A stretch of DNA of 64,000 nucleotides from NCBI RefSeq assembly GCF_009914755.1, contig NC_060926.1; one strand, given 5' to 3'. The DNA comes from the human T2T-CHM13v2.0 reference genome, Homo sapiens. Position numbers and translations under genes: made by a program. The notes beneath the pieces are model-generated. The model was not told the DNA's origin. It saw nothing but the letters and a program-made list of their open reading frames with translations, and ran no database searches. Of this stretch, positions 11,447 to 25,254 are shown piece after piece (position 1 is the stretch's first letter; the number at the start of each line of letters is the position of its first letter).

Positions 11447-14400
11447 CTTTTTTTTAAATTTACTTTTTATTTCAATAGCTTCTGGGAGAACAGGTGGTGT
11501 TTGGTTACATGAATAAGTTCTTTAGTGGTGATTTCTTAAATGTTGGTGCATTCATCACCCAAGCAGTGTACACTGTATCCAATGTGTAGTCTTTTATCCC
11601 TCACCACCACCCACCCTTCCCCTTGAGTCCCCAAAGTCCATTGTATGATTCTTATGCCTTTGCATCCTCATAGCTTAGCTCCCATTCATATATATATAAC
11701 TCACAATTGCAAAAATATGAAACCAGCCCAAATGCCCATCAATAAGTGAATCAAGAAAATGTTGTGAGATATATATATATGTGTATATATATATATATAT
11801 ATATAAAATATGAATACTACTCATCCATAAAAAAAGGATACAATAATGGCATTTGCAGTAACCTGGATGGAACTGGAGACCATCATTCTAAGTGAAGTAA
11901 CTCAGAAATGGAAAACTAAATATTGTATGTCCTCACTCATAATTTCCATCTTGATTTCCTTGTTGGTCCAATGAACCTTCAGGATTAGGTTATTTAATTT
12001 CCACGTATTTGCATGGTTTTGAGGGTTCCTTTTGGAGTTATTTCTAGTTTTAGTCCACTGTGGCCTGAGACAGTACTTGATAAAATTTCAATTTTCTTAA
12101 ATTTACTGAGACTTGTTTTGTGGCCTATTATATGGTCTATCTTGGAGAATGTTCCACATGCTGATGAATAGAATGTACATTCTGCAGTTGTTGTGTAGAA
12201 TGTTCTGTAAATATCTGTTAAGTCCATTTGTTGTAGGGTATAGTTTAAGTCCATTGTTTCTTTGTTGACTTTCTATCTTGAAGACCTGTTCAGTGCTGTC
12301 AGCAGAGTATTAAAGTCCCACACTATTATTGCGTTGCTCTCTCTCTCTCTGGTTTCTTAGGTCTAGTAGCAATTATAAATTTGGGAGCTCCAATGTTAGG
12401 TGCATATATAGGAGGTGTGTGCAAAAGTAATTGCCGGTTTGCCATTACTTTCAATGGCAAAAACCACAATTACCTTTGCCCTGACCTAATATACAGGATT
12501 TTGACATTTTCTTATTGGACTAGTCCTTTTATCATTATATAATGTCCCTCTTAGTCTTTTTCTAACTGCTGTTGTTTTAAAGTTTGTTTTGTCTAAGAAT
12601 AGCTACTCCTGTTTGCTTTTGGTGTCCATTTGCATGGAATATCTTTTTCCTCTCCTTTACCTTAAGTTTACTTGAGTCTTTATGTATTAGGTGAATCTCC
12701 TGAATAGAGCAGAAATTTGGTTGGTGAATTCTTAGACATTCTGCCATCCTGGATCTTTTAAGTGAAGCATTTAGGTCATTGACATTTAATGTTAGTATTG
12801 AGATGTGAGGTACTATTCTACTCATCATGCTATTTGTTCCCTGAATACCTTTTTTTCATTGTGTTATTGTTACATAGGTCCTGCTTTAAGGAGATTCTAT
12901 TTTAGTGTATTTTGAGGATTTGTTTCAAGATTTAGAGGTCCTTTTAGCAGTTCTTGTATTGCTGGCTTGGTAGTGATGAATTCTCTTAGCATTTGTTTGT
13001 CTGGAAAAGACTATATCTTTCCTTCATTTATGAAGCTTAATTTCACTAGATACAAAATTCTTGGCTGATAATTGTTTTGTTTAAGAAGGCTAAAGATAGG
13101 GCCCTAATCACTTTTAGCTTGCAGGGTTTCTGCTGAGAAGTCTGCTATTACTCTGATGAGGTTTTCCATTATAGGTTACCTGATCCTTTTACCTCACAAG
13201 TCCTCAGATTCTTTCCTTCCTCTTGACTTTAGATATCCTGATGACGACGTGCCTAGGCAATGATCTTTTTGTGATAAATTTCCCAAATGTTTTTTCATCT
13301 TCTTGTATTTGGATGTCTAGATCTGTAGCAAGGCTGGGGATGTTTTCATCCATTATTCTCTCAAATATGTTTTCTAAACATTTGGATTTCTCTTCTTCTT
13401 CTGGAACACCACTTATTCTTAGGTTTCGACAGTTAACATTGTCCCAAACTTCTTGGAGGTGTTGTTCATTTTTTAAATTCTTTTTTCTTTGTCTTTGATG
13501 GATTGGGTTAATTTTAAAGCCCTGTCATCAAGCTCTGAAGTTCTTTCTTCTGTTTGTTCGATTCTATTCCTGAGACTTTCCAGTACATTTTGCATTTCTC
13601 TAAGTGTTTCCTTGATTTCCAGAAGTTGTGATAGTTTTTTATTTATGCTATCTATTTTGCTGAGGATTTTTCCTTTCATATCCTGTATCATGTTTCTGAT
13701 TTCTTCAAGTTGGACTTCACCTTTCTCTGGTGCCTCCTTGATTAGCTTAATAATGGACCTTCTGAATTATTTTTCTGGCAATTCAGAGATTTCATCTTGG
13801 TTTACATACATTGCTGGTGAGGTGATGTGATCTTCTGAAGGTGTTAAAGAACACTGTTTTGTCATATTACCAGAATTGTTTTCCTGGTTCCTTCCCATTT
13901 GGGTAGACTATGATCAGAGGGAAGATCTGGGACTCAAGGGTTACTGTTCAGATTCTTTTGTCCCATAAGGCAGGGGCAGGGTTAAGTGTGTCTGAGCTCA
14001 GACTCTCCTTGGACGGGGCTTTCTGAGGCTGCTGTGGGTAATGGGGTTGTGGTTCCCAGGCCAATGGAGTTATGTTCTTAGGATTATGGCTGCCTCTGCT
14101 GAGTTATACAGGTCACCAGAGAAGTGGGGGAAAGCCAGTAGTCACAGGTCTCACCCCATTCCCATGCAGCCTGCAGTTCTAAAGGCTGGTCTCACTCCCA
14201 CTGTGCTCCCTGCAACAGCACTAAGTCTATTTCCAGGCAGCCAGTGACCAGGGCTGAGAACTTGCCCCAGACCACTAGCCTCCCTCCTGAGAAAGCAAGT
14301 GACTCACAGTTTTCGGCATCTTAGGGAGCCAACAGCGGTGATCCAGTTCCTTCAAAGGGTCTGTGGATTCTCTCAGCTTTCCTGGTATGTTCCTGCAGTA

Positions 14401-14512
14401 GTTCTTTGAGCAAAAGTTCACAATGAGGAGTCTCCACTCACTGCTCTGTCTGTCCTAGCAAGAGCTACAAGCTAGTCCTGCCTTCTTTTTGCTATCTTTA
14501 ATCCTATCAGCC
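11447..14512 (-). mobile_element. L1PB element with 5' end, ORF1 and EN domain, internally deleted and with an inverted segment
   Basis: L1PB 3' UTR antisense 11455-11688; sense-flipped piece 11698-11942; EN remnants (ILTLNVNDLN, TFSKIDH) and ORF1 coiled coil on minus strand; L1PBa-like 5' end ~14500; AAACCACTAGT at 11436-11446 and 14513-14523 as TSD. Confidence 0.88.
12409..12489. mobile_element. MADE1 (Hsmar1-derived mariner MITE) nested in L1PB
   Basis: ~80 bp palindrome gtgcaaaagtaattgccggtttgccattactttcaatggcaaaaaccacaattacctttgc..cctaa in a TA context. Confidence 0.92.
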
Positions 14513-15859
14513 AAACCACTAGTTTTCTTTTTCTTTTACATTTACCAGTAATAAAATTCCGAACACATTAAGTTCTTCTTTCTTAGGCCCTTTCCAGCTA
14601 ATGTTTAGACACTAGTTGTCATACCCATGACAACCTGTCTTTAATTACTGTGTGCTGGGAACACAGTTTCAGTGCAGTGTTTCTATCTCTCTTTCCTTGA
14701 GTAGTTGATCTTATAGTTACGTAGTGTAGAATTAATTCAGTGTCTACAGTAAAATAAAGTATTGTGAAAAAATCTGTTTTCTTCTGCCACTTTAGTTTGA
14801 TCCCATCTCATATATTTTACATATTCTATAAAAATAAATGGAACCAAAGGATTAGCTTTCAAAGAGAAGCAGAAAATGATATGATTTGAGGATACTGAGT
14901 ATGACCAGATGGAGAATAGACAAGATAGGTAAAGGACATCATAGAAAGAAAGATGAGTATGTAAAAGCTATGAGCTACTAAGGTTTTTAGCAAAACTGTG
15001 TAACTTTATTGTATTCAAAGTTAGGACAGGACATTTAGTTCAATTTTATAGCTGAAGAGATGGGAGATATAAAAACAAATTTGCAATTCCCCAAGTCATT
15101 TTGACAGCTTAAGTCTATATTGGAAATCTGAGTATTCCAAAAACAAAGCCAAACATTTACCCCTCCATGCCAATTTAATGTCGAAGTAACTTGACATACA
15201 ATTTAATTCTGTCAAAATCAATGTTAGGAGATAAAGAAAAGAATTTAAGCTGAGTTTAAATGTATTTATCTAAATTAAAGATAATCAAAGTTTAATCATA
15301 TTCCTTGATAGTTTTTGGTCTGAGTATATCCTTTTATCTCAAAGATATTCCTTTTATATTAACTAAATGTCAACATCATATTAATCACAGGTCCCAGAGA
15401 AAAGACACGTTCATTGCTCTCAAACAGTGCCTCATAAGCAGAAAGACAAACACAAACAGTGGGTTTCATAGAATATGGTAAAGTTGAAAGTGAGTCATTG
15501 GGAACGTGGAAAACAGAACACATCTGCACCTGTACAAGCCAATCAGAGATGGCCTCACAAAAATAGTAATGCTTGTGCTCTAGTTTTTAAGCATATTTCC
15601 CCTCTTTCTATTTTTCTTTCTTTTTGTTTTTGTTTCATTTTGTTTTGTTTTGTTACAAGATTGGAGCTGGGAATGAGGATGATGGCCCAGGGCACATTCT
15701 TCTTTACAGAGGTAATACAGCATATGCAGATGTATTAAACATGGAAAGTTTAAAATTCATTTCACCCAGTTTACAATACTTTGCCACATTTTCTTTTTTT
15801 TTAAGTCAGCAAATTTTATTCACCTAGAAGTTCTCAAGCCCAATTAGAGTAACTGTTTC

Positions 15860-17690
15860 TCTAACTTTTATTTTAAGTTCACGGCATGTGTGCATGTTTG
15901 TTATTTAGGTAAACTTGTGTCATGGAGGTCTCTCATACAGATTATTTCATTACTCAGGTATTAAGCTTAGTGCTCATTAGTTATTTTTCCTGATCCTCTT
16001 TTTCTTTCAATGCTCTACACTCCAATAGGCCCATGTCAGTTGTTCCCTTGTTCCCCTCTATGTGTCCATGTGTTCTCATCATTTAGCTCCCACTAATAAG
16101 TTAGAACATATGGTATTTGATTTTCTGTTCCTGTCTTAGTTTACCAGGGATAATGGCCTCCAGCTCCATCCATGTTCTGCAAAGAGCATGATCTCATTCT
16201 TTTTATGGCTACATAGTATTCCATGTTGTATATGTACCACATTTTCTTTATGCAGTCTACCACTGATGGACATTTACGTTGATTCCATGTATTTGCTATT
16301 GTGAATAGTACTGCAATAAACATACATGTACATGTGTCTTTATGGTATTTGGGTATATACCCAATAACAGAATTTCTGAGTCAAATAGCATTTCAATTTT
16401 TAGGTCTTTGAGGAATCGCCACACTGTTTTCCACAATGGTTTAACTAATTTACACTCCTACCAACAGTGTATAAGCATTCCTTTTTCTCCACAGCCTCAC
16501 AATTGATATGGACAGGAGACAGGGAAATACTGGGTAGAAGAAGGCAGTTCCCCGGCAAAGGCCCCATCCTCAAGCCTGGAGACCAACAGCCCTAAGTGGA
16601 GACAGCATTTCTGTTTTCATGCCCCAAAAATTACCTTTTGGCCTGCCATGCCTCACTATCCTGCACCCATATAAATCCCAAACCCCACGCTCCAGAAACA
16701 GAGAAGCAGGCAAGGAAACAAGACAAGCAGACAAATGGAAGAACAACACAGCAGAGAAAGAGAGAAGAGGAGGAACGTCTGAATGCTGAGAGGAGTTCAG
16801 CTGGGGGTGGTAGGAGAGGAGTTCAGCTGCTGGATAGCCAGGCTCCAGGGGAAGATCATCTTCCCACTCCATTCCCTCTTCCGGCTCCCCATCCATCCTG
16901 CTGAGAGCCACCTCCATCACTCAATAAAACCCCACATTCAACCTTCAAGCCCGTGTGTGATCCAGTTCTTCCAGGAGGCTGGGCAAGAGCTTGGGATACA
17001 GAAAGCTGTCACACTGGCCCTCTGCCCTTGTGAAAAGGCAGAGGGTCCATTGAGCTGGTTAACACTTAAGCTGTCTGAGGATGGCAAGGCTAAGAAAGCA
17101 TTAGCCCCAGTGTTACAACACTGGGGCCACAAGCACCCACACCTAGACACTACTGCAGCCCTGGAGCCCAAAACTCTCACCCTGGCTCCTGCATCTGCCT
17201 GTCTCTGTGCTCCCCCTCCTGCCAGGGGTTTGAGCAGCAGCAGCAGCAGCAGTGGTGACCGATTACAGGCGAGCCACACCCCTGTCACATGTCCTGCAAG
17301 GAGGATGAGGGAACTCTCCTGTTTCACCAGGACCTGTTATTTTTTTACTTTTTAGTTCCTTCATACCTAGTTTATTGACAGTTTTTAACATGAATGGGTG
17401 TTGAATTTTAACAAAAGCATTTTCTGCATCTATTTAGATAGTTACGTGGATTTGTTTTTAGTTCTGTTTATGTGATGAATCACACTTCTGATCTGCATGT
17501 TGAACCAACCTTGCATCTTGGGGATAAACCCTACCTGATCATAGTGGATAAGCTTATTGATGTGCTGCTGGATTCAGTTTGCTAGATTTTCTTGAGGATT
17601 TTTTCTCAGATATTCATCAAAAATATTGGCTTGAAGTTTTCTTTTTTTGGTCTCTCTCTGCCAGGTTTTGTTATCAGGATGATGCTAAGT
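15860..17690 (-). mobile_element. Old L1PA (PA13-16-like) 3' part, interrupted by an LTR and internally deleted
   Basis: 3' UTR antisense and ORF2 C-terminus ([15 protein letters not shown]); resumes at 17327, then jumps to RT-region sequence at ~17355. Confidence 0.85.
16504..17326 (+). mobile_element. Solo ERV1 LTR (LTR1/LTR27/MER52 group)
   Basis: TGATATGGACAGGAGACAGGGAAATACTGGGTAGAAG...GAACTCTCCTGTTTCA with TG..CA ends; TATA-like ~16670; AATAAA ~16923; internal (CAG)6; splits the host L1. Confidence 0.85.
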
Positions 17691-19083
17691 TTGTCTCATC
17701 TTCTATTTCAGTCCCACTTCATCTTAATTACTTGATTACTCCTTTTATTGGACATTTGATGCTCACGAGACATATAGAAATATTCAACACTCAGATGGGT
17801 GTATGGGGTTTAAGGGATGACAAGGATCATAAAAATCTGAGATTGCAGCATAATTACCTTATGACTAGAAGCATGTGAATGCACTCTATGTATAATTTGG
17901 AGGAATATTAAATTTCAAATCCCTTAAGAGTTAGGACTCCAAAAAGTTAGGACTATGTACCATAGTCATCCTCTTCTCATTACATTTAGAATCATGTTTT
18001 TCTTTGGTAATAAAATGACTTTCATAGAGCATTAGATACATGCTATGAAATATGTAGGTAATCAGGATAATATTTATCAGCAGATTATTATCGTTTGTAG
18101 AAATTGTAAACTAAATGCTACATTTTCAGGTACAAAATACTTAAGGCACAACTATGTACACTAAAATTGTATAGGTTATCTTATCAGTGTTAATATAAAT
18201 TCTGACAGGTGATCTTTATGGAAGATATAAAATAAAATAATTGTTATGAAGATGGAAACAATAAAAATACTTAAGTACTCATTAATAAAAACTAACAGTA
18301 TGAGGCATTTTGATTTCAGCTTCAACATTCCTCCCATTCCTATAATAAAAGAAAGCTAGACAAACTGAACATTATTGACTTTCCTTGAACATAACAGAGA
18401 AGTTAAGGTCACAGGGCACATCACTGATCGAAATTCTAGAGAAGCAGGTGCCATCCAGAGAGACACAATGAATACCTGTTCACCTGGAGCTAAAGCTAAT
18501 AAAAACATAAACTACTTAAGAACACAAGTGATCATTCTGCCAATATGCCAGAGGCTGAGTATGGACTAGTGTTAGAAGCTCCTGAAGACTAGTCTAATAG
18601 GAACCAAACACTTTGTGGACTTTACATCTGGGAACCACATGCAGCTCTTACAGTGAAGAGTCCTCATTGAAAAGTCAATGAGGAGAGGAGAGTAATTATT
18701 GAGAAATATATCCAGAGCCTTCTCTATAACAAAGGTCAACTCTACAGGGAAAATCACTTTGTCAGAGCCTTATCCCAGCTGGAGGAAAGAAATACCTACC
18801 ACTCTGACCTGCAGCCCTTCTATCTCACTTAAATGAAAACAAAAAGAGTCAACAGGGATCAACTGCAGCCAAGAAGCATGTGGGGGAAGAAGTTATATCA
18901 AGGAGAAACAATTGCGAAGGGTTCAACTGTAACATCTAAGCCCACTAAAAGACTGAGATTTATTAAGAACATTATAGAGTACTACCTCTTCCCCCACCTT
19001 ACCATCACATCAACAGAACTCCAGTATAAAAACAGTGGATTACAGATGAAATATCTGTATGACACAGATTCATTCGAAGTTTT

Positions 19084-19623
19084 GGTATTAGTCAGGATTC
19101 TCTAGAGGGACAGAACTAATAGGATAGGTGTATATATAAAGGGAAGTTTATTAAGGAGTATTGGCTCACACAATCATAAGGTGAAGTCCCACAATAGGCC
19201 ATCTGCAAGCTGAGGAGCAAGGATTCCCAAAACCCCAAAAGTAGGGAAGCCAACAGCGCAGCCTTTAGTCTGTGGTCAAAGGTCCGAGAACCCGTGGCAA
19301 ATCACTAGTGTAAGCCCAAGAGTCCAAAAACTGACGAATTTGGAGTCTGATGTTCAAGGGCAGGAAGCATCCAGCATCGGAGAAAGATGAAGGCCAGAAG
19401 ACTTAGGCCAGTCTAGCTCTTCCATGTTCCTCTGCCTGCTTTTATCCTAGCTGTACTGGCAACTGATTAGATGGTACCCACCCAGATTGAGGGTGGGTCT
19501 GCCTTTGCCAATCCACTGACTCAAATGTTAATATCCTTTGGCAACATCCTCACAGACACACGCAGGAACAATACTTTGCATCCTTTAATCCAATCAAGTT
19601 GACACTCAATATTAACCATCACA
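19084..19623 (-). mobile_element. MLT2A/B solo LTR (HERV-L)
   Basis: gtattagtcaggattctctagagggacagaactaatagg...ccaatcaagttgacactcaatattaaccatcaca, the reverse complement of the MLT2 start. Confidence 0.92.
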
Positions 19624-19981
19624 GGTTTGGTGATGCATTTTTTGACACAACACTAAAGCATGATCTATGAAAGAAAAAAATAGAATAGTTGGACTTTTTT
19701 AAAAACTGAAACGTTTTCTGCAAATTATACTATAAAGGGAATCAAGATAGCTTATGGATTGAGAGACAATATTAGCTAAACACGCTTCTGATAAAGAAGT
19801 TGATCTAAAAAAATACAAAAAACTCTCAAAACCCAACAATAAGAAAATAAACAACTCATTAAAATGGGCAAAAGTTCTAGACAGATACTCATCAATGAAG
19901 ATATACAGATGACATATAAGTATACTGTGAGATACTCAATATCATTTGTCATTAGGGAAATGCAATTTAAGAAAATAATTA

Positions 19982-20528
<547 letters not shown>

Positions 20529-23500
20529 TTACCCAACTGCTCAAAAAACATATGTTCGCACAAAAACCTACAAGTGAATACTTATGGGAACTTTATTTGT
20601 AATGATCAAAAACTGTAAGCAACCAAGTTATCCTTAAATAGAGGAGTGGACAAACAACTGTGGTACAGTCATACAATTGCATACTACTAAGTTATAAAAC
20701 AGGATGAGGTATCAAGCCATACAAAGATACAGAATAATCTTAAATGCATATTGTTACGTGAAATAAGCCAGCCTGGAAAGTTTACATACTACATGATTCA
20801 ATTTATATGACATTTTAGAAAAGCCAAAACTATAGAGATGTGAAGGAGACAAATGTTTGCCAGGATTTTCAGAGGGGTAAGGGTTGAACAGGTGAAGCAA
20901 AGAGGGTGGTATAGGGCAGCGAAACTATTCTGCATTATACTGCAATAGTGGATATACAACAGCATGCATACGTCAAATCCCATATAACTTTACAGCACAA
21001 GTAAGCCTTACTATATGCTAATTTTAAAAAATGTTTAGGAAGTTGGGGGAATTCCAGCATTGAATGCAGATTGTGACCAAAGAACCTATCTTATTAAAAA
21101 GTGTATAAAGTAATTTTACTGAAGAGAAGAAGGAAAAAAGACACTAACCCAAGAAACTTCAGAAATGAGTGAAGTCTATAAGACAAAAAGCAAAACACGC
21201 TGTACAAAAGCACTGGGCTCTAGTTGAGAAAAGTTTCACATGGGATCCGGGTTAATAATATTGATAATTTATAACATGCATACTGCAACTGAACAACTAG
21301 TACATGAATGGTGGTTTTTTGGGAGCTAGGTTTCTCATCGTTGGAGTGGAAAGCTACAGAAACGCAAGGGGAGAAGGTTAGAATGAAACATGTTGTTATG
21401 GATTAGGGTTGGAGAAATGGGTATGAATTAATGTTCAGTTTAATATAGATACAGATATGGAGATATATATATGTGTGTGTACATATGTGGGGGGTGGGGG
21501 TGGGTGTGAGTGTGTGCGCTTATACATGGATTAGTATAAAAACATATACTTACTTTCTTTGCTAACTTTCTTTGAGGTCTAGAAACAACAACACTCAAGT
21601 AACAATGATCACACCTAGTATCCAAACAGACTGGAAAATGCTGTTTTTTAATAGCATTTTCCAATCAAATGAACTAACCCTCCTTGTAGAAACAGATGAA
21701 TTTAGGGCACGGTAAGGAATATAAAAGATGAACCTGAAACATCTTCTAGCCAGAATAAAACAAGGTGCTTTAAGACACACACAGACACACACACACACAT
21801 ACACATCACTGGTGGTATGCCATAGAGACTCAGGAGCCAACTGAAAAAGCTTCAGGTGGCCAACGCTAGAACGATTCAAGCAAAAAATAAATAAATAAAA
21901 TAAAATTGTATTGAATTATAACTGAGAGTATAAAATAAGTATCTGTGAGTTTAGACTGATATAAATAAATGATTAAATAAATAAATAAATGGAAGAGAAG
22001 AGACAAATCTCCTATACACAGGGATTCTTAATTTATGGAGCCACTCCACCCTCAAGAAGGTGAAGCATAACTTCCTTCATCTTCAATGTAAGCTGCACAT
22101 AGTTACTTCCACAGTCTGGAAAGGGAGAAATAAAAAAAGCAAAATTGCAGTGGAGAATCCTCACAAGCACTGCCTTAGCCAGAGGATCAAGATTAACATA
22201 AACAGTGAGAAGTCACGTTGATACTATGTCCCCTTGATATGACATGCAAATAGCACCTTATCTCTGTGATTTTTCTTTCCAAAACTATAAAACAAACATA
22301 ATTGTGAAAAAAGCAACAAACAATACCCAGTTGAAGGACATTCTACAAAATACCTGACCAGTACTCGTCAATATTGTCAAGGTCATCAAAAACAAGGAAA
22401 ATCTGATGAAGCTATCACAGCTAAGAGGAATCCAAGAAGATGTAAAGACTAATTGTAATGTGGCATCCTGGAGGGGATCCTGAAATAGAAAAAGAACAGG
22501 TATAAACTAAGGAAACCTGAATAGAGCATGGGCTTTTGTTAATAATAATTTATCAATATTATTTCATTAATTGTGACAAGCATGCTATATGAATGTAAGA
22601 TATTAACAATGTAAAAGTAACTGAGTGTGGTGTATAGGGGAAGTCTGTACTAGCCTCAAAACTTTTCTGTAAACCTAAAACTACTCTAAAATGTAAAAAA
22701 CTATTAAAAATGAGACAAATAACAGTGTTAGAAAAATAAGTTGTATAATTTATCCATAAAAATAAATTACCTTTTCTTTGAATTCTGCTGAGTGTTGTCA
22801 GGTTCAAGTGCAGTGCTCTGACAATTACTTTCCAGAATTTATTCTGAGAAGAAGAATTATATAAAGGGCAACTCCATGGGGAAATAAAGAAAAAATTTAA
22901 GCAATACAAATGTGTGAATCAATTTAGAACTAACAAGGACTGACTTGCACTGGACTCAGAATTCAAACTAACCCTAAAATTCAAGAAGAGTAGAGGTGAA
23001 GAATATTTTGATTTCTATATGCCTCAAAGATCAAGAAATAGTGTTGATTGATTACAATATATCAATGTTACAATATTGTTGAGAAGAAAAACATACATGA
23101 ATTTAGCTAGGAATTAGATTTTAGGAACAGAGTCCCAAGTATTACAAAACGAAGTTGGGAGAAATACCCTAAGTAGACTGTTAAAAATTGAGAATTTTGC
23201 TGGAAGCTGTGAATCACAACCTCCATTCTCTTATATCTAAAAAGCTATTTAAGCCTCATGCAAAAAAAAAAAAAAAAATAGAGTTCTACTTGTTTACCTT
23301 ATCTTTTTGTCAATACCAGGATCAAGCAAATATGTTGGAGAATGAGAACAAGGAAGAAAAACAAGTGTAAAAAAAAAAAAGAGAGAGAGAAATACATAAA
23401 GAAATGGGGAGGAAATTAGACCAAAAGAAAAAAAAACTGAAAATTTTAAAACCGGAAGACAGATCACATAATTGTTTAGCATCTTCGAAAGAGCACATGA

Positions 23501-23657
23501 CTTTTCAGATTTGGAGAAAAATAAAGAGGAGGATAATCTCTAGGTAAATGGGAAAAATGATATAGAAGGGAAGTGAATCAGATTAAAGTGCAAAGGGGAA
23601 AAAGCAAAAGCAAATGAAATGGGAGAAATGGGAGATGGATGACAAAATTAAAAATTT

Positions 23658-25235
23658 TAAGCAATCTAAAAGTTCAATGCAATTCCCATCCAAATACCAC
23701 CATCACTCTTCACAGAACTAGGAAAAGCAATCCTAAAATTCGGATGGAACCAAAAAAGAGCCTGCATATTCAAAGCAAGACTAAGCAAAAAAGAACAAAT
23801 CTGGAGACATCACATTACCTGACTTCAAACTATACTATAAGGCAATAGTCACCAAAAAAGCATGGTACTGGTATCAAAATAGGCATATAGACCAATGGAA
23901 CAGAATAGAGAACCCGGAAATGAAGTCAAATACTTACAGCCAGCCGATCTTTGACAAGGCAAACAAAAACATAAAGTCGGGAAAGGACACCCTATTTAAC
24001 AAATGGAGCTGGGATGACTGGCAAGCCATATGTAGAAGAATGAAACTGGATCCTCATCTCTCACCTTACATCAACTCAACATGGATCAAGGACTGAAATC
24101 TAAAACCTGCAACCATAAAAATTCTAGAAGATAACATTGGAAAAACCCTTCTAGACATTCGCTTAGGCAAAGACTTCATGACCAAGAACCCAAACGCAAA
24201 TACAACAAAAACAAAGATAAATAAATGGGACTTAATTAAACTATAAAGCTACTGCACAGCAAAAGAAACAATCAGCAGAGTAAACAGACAACCCACAAAG
24301 TGGGAAAAAATCTTCACAATCTATACATTTGACAATAAACTAATATCCAGAATCTACAAAAAACTCAAACAAATCAGCAAGAAAAAAAAATCCCATCAAA
24401 AAGTGGGCTAAGGACATGAATAAACAATTATCAAAAGAAGATATACAAATGGCCAACAAACATGAAAAAATGCTCAACGTCACTAATGATCAGGGAAATG
24501 CAAATCAAAACCACAATGCAATACCACCTCACTACTGCAAGAATGGCCATAATCAAAAAAAAAAAAAAATGTTGACATGGATGTAGTAAAAAAGGAACAC
24601 TTTTACACTACTGGTAGGAATGTAAACTAGTACAGCCACTATGGAAAACAGTGTAGAGATTCCATAAAGAACTAAAAGTAGATCTACCATTTGATCCAGC
24701 AATCCCACTACTGGGTATCTACCCCAAGGAAAAGAAGTAATTATACAAAAAAGATACTTGCACATGCATATTTATAAAATAGCAGCATAATTTGTAATTG
24801 TAAAAATACGGAACCAGCCCAAATGCCCATCAATCAATGAGTGGATATAGAAAATATGTTATATATACCATGGAATACTACTCAGCTGTAAAAAGGATTG
24901 AAATAATGGCATTTGTAGCAATCTGGATGGAATTGGAGACCATTACTCTAAGTGAAGTAATTCAGGAATAGAAAACCAGACACTGAATGTTCTCATTCAT
25001 AAGTGGAAGCTAAGCTGTGAGGACACAAAGGCATAAAAATGATACAATGGACTTCGGGGACTTGGAGGAAAGGGAGTGAAGAAGATGAGGGATAAAAGAC
25101 TACACATTGGGTACAGTGTACACTGCTTGGGTGATGGGTGCACCAAAATCTCAGAAATCACCACTAAAGAACTTATTCATGTAAAAAATAATAAATTTTA
25201 AAAAACAAGAAAATTTTTCAAAAAATAAGTAAATA
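23658..25235 (+). mobile_element. 5'-truncated L1PB (ORF2 3' third plus 3' UTR)
   Basis: ORF2 homology; 3' UTR ggtgatgggtgcaccaaaatctcagaaatcaccactaaagaac; A-rich tail. Confidence 0.92.
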
Positions 25236-25254
25236 AAGACTAATTAAATTTTTT

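Noticed and set aside
16570-17355. Overlapping 100-190 aa ORFs on both strands
   Set aside because: They lie within a GC-rich solo LTR and have no recognisable domain; these are chance ORFs
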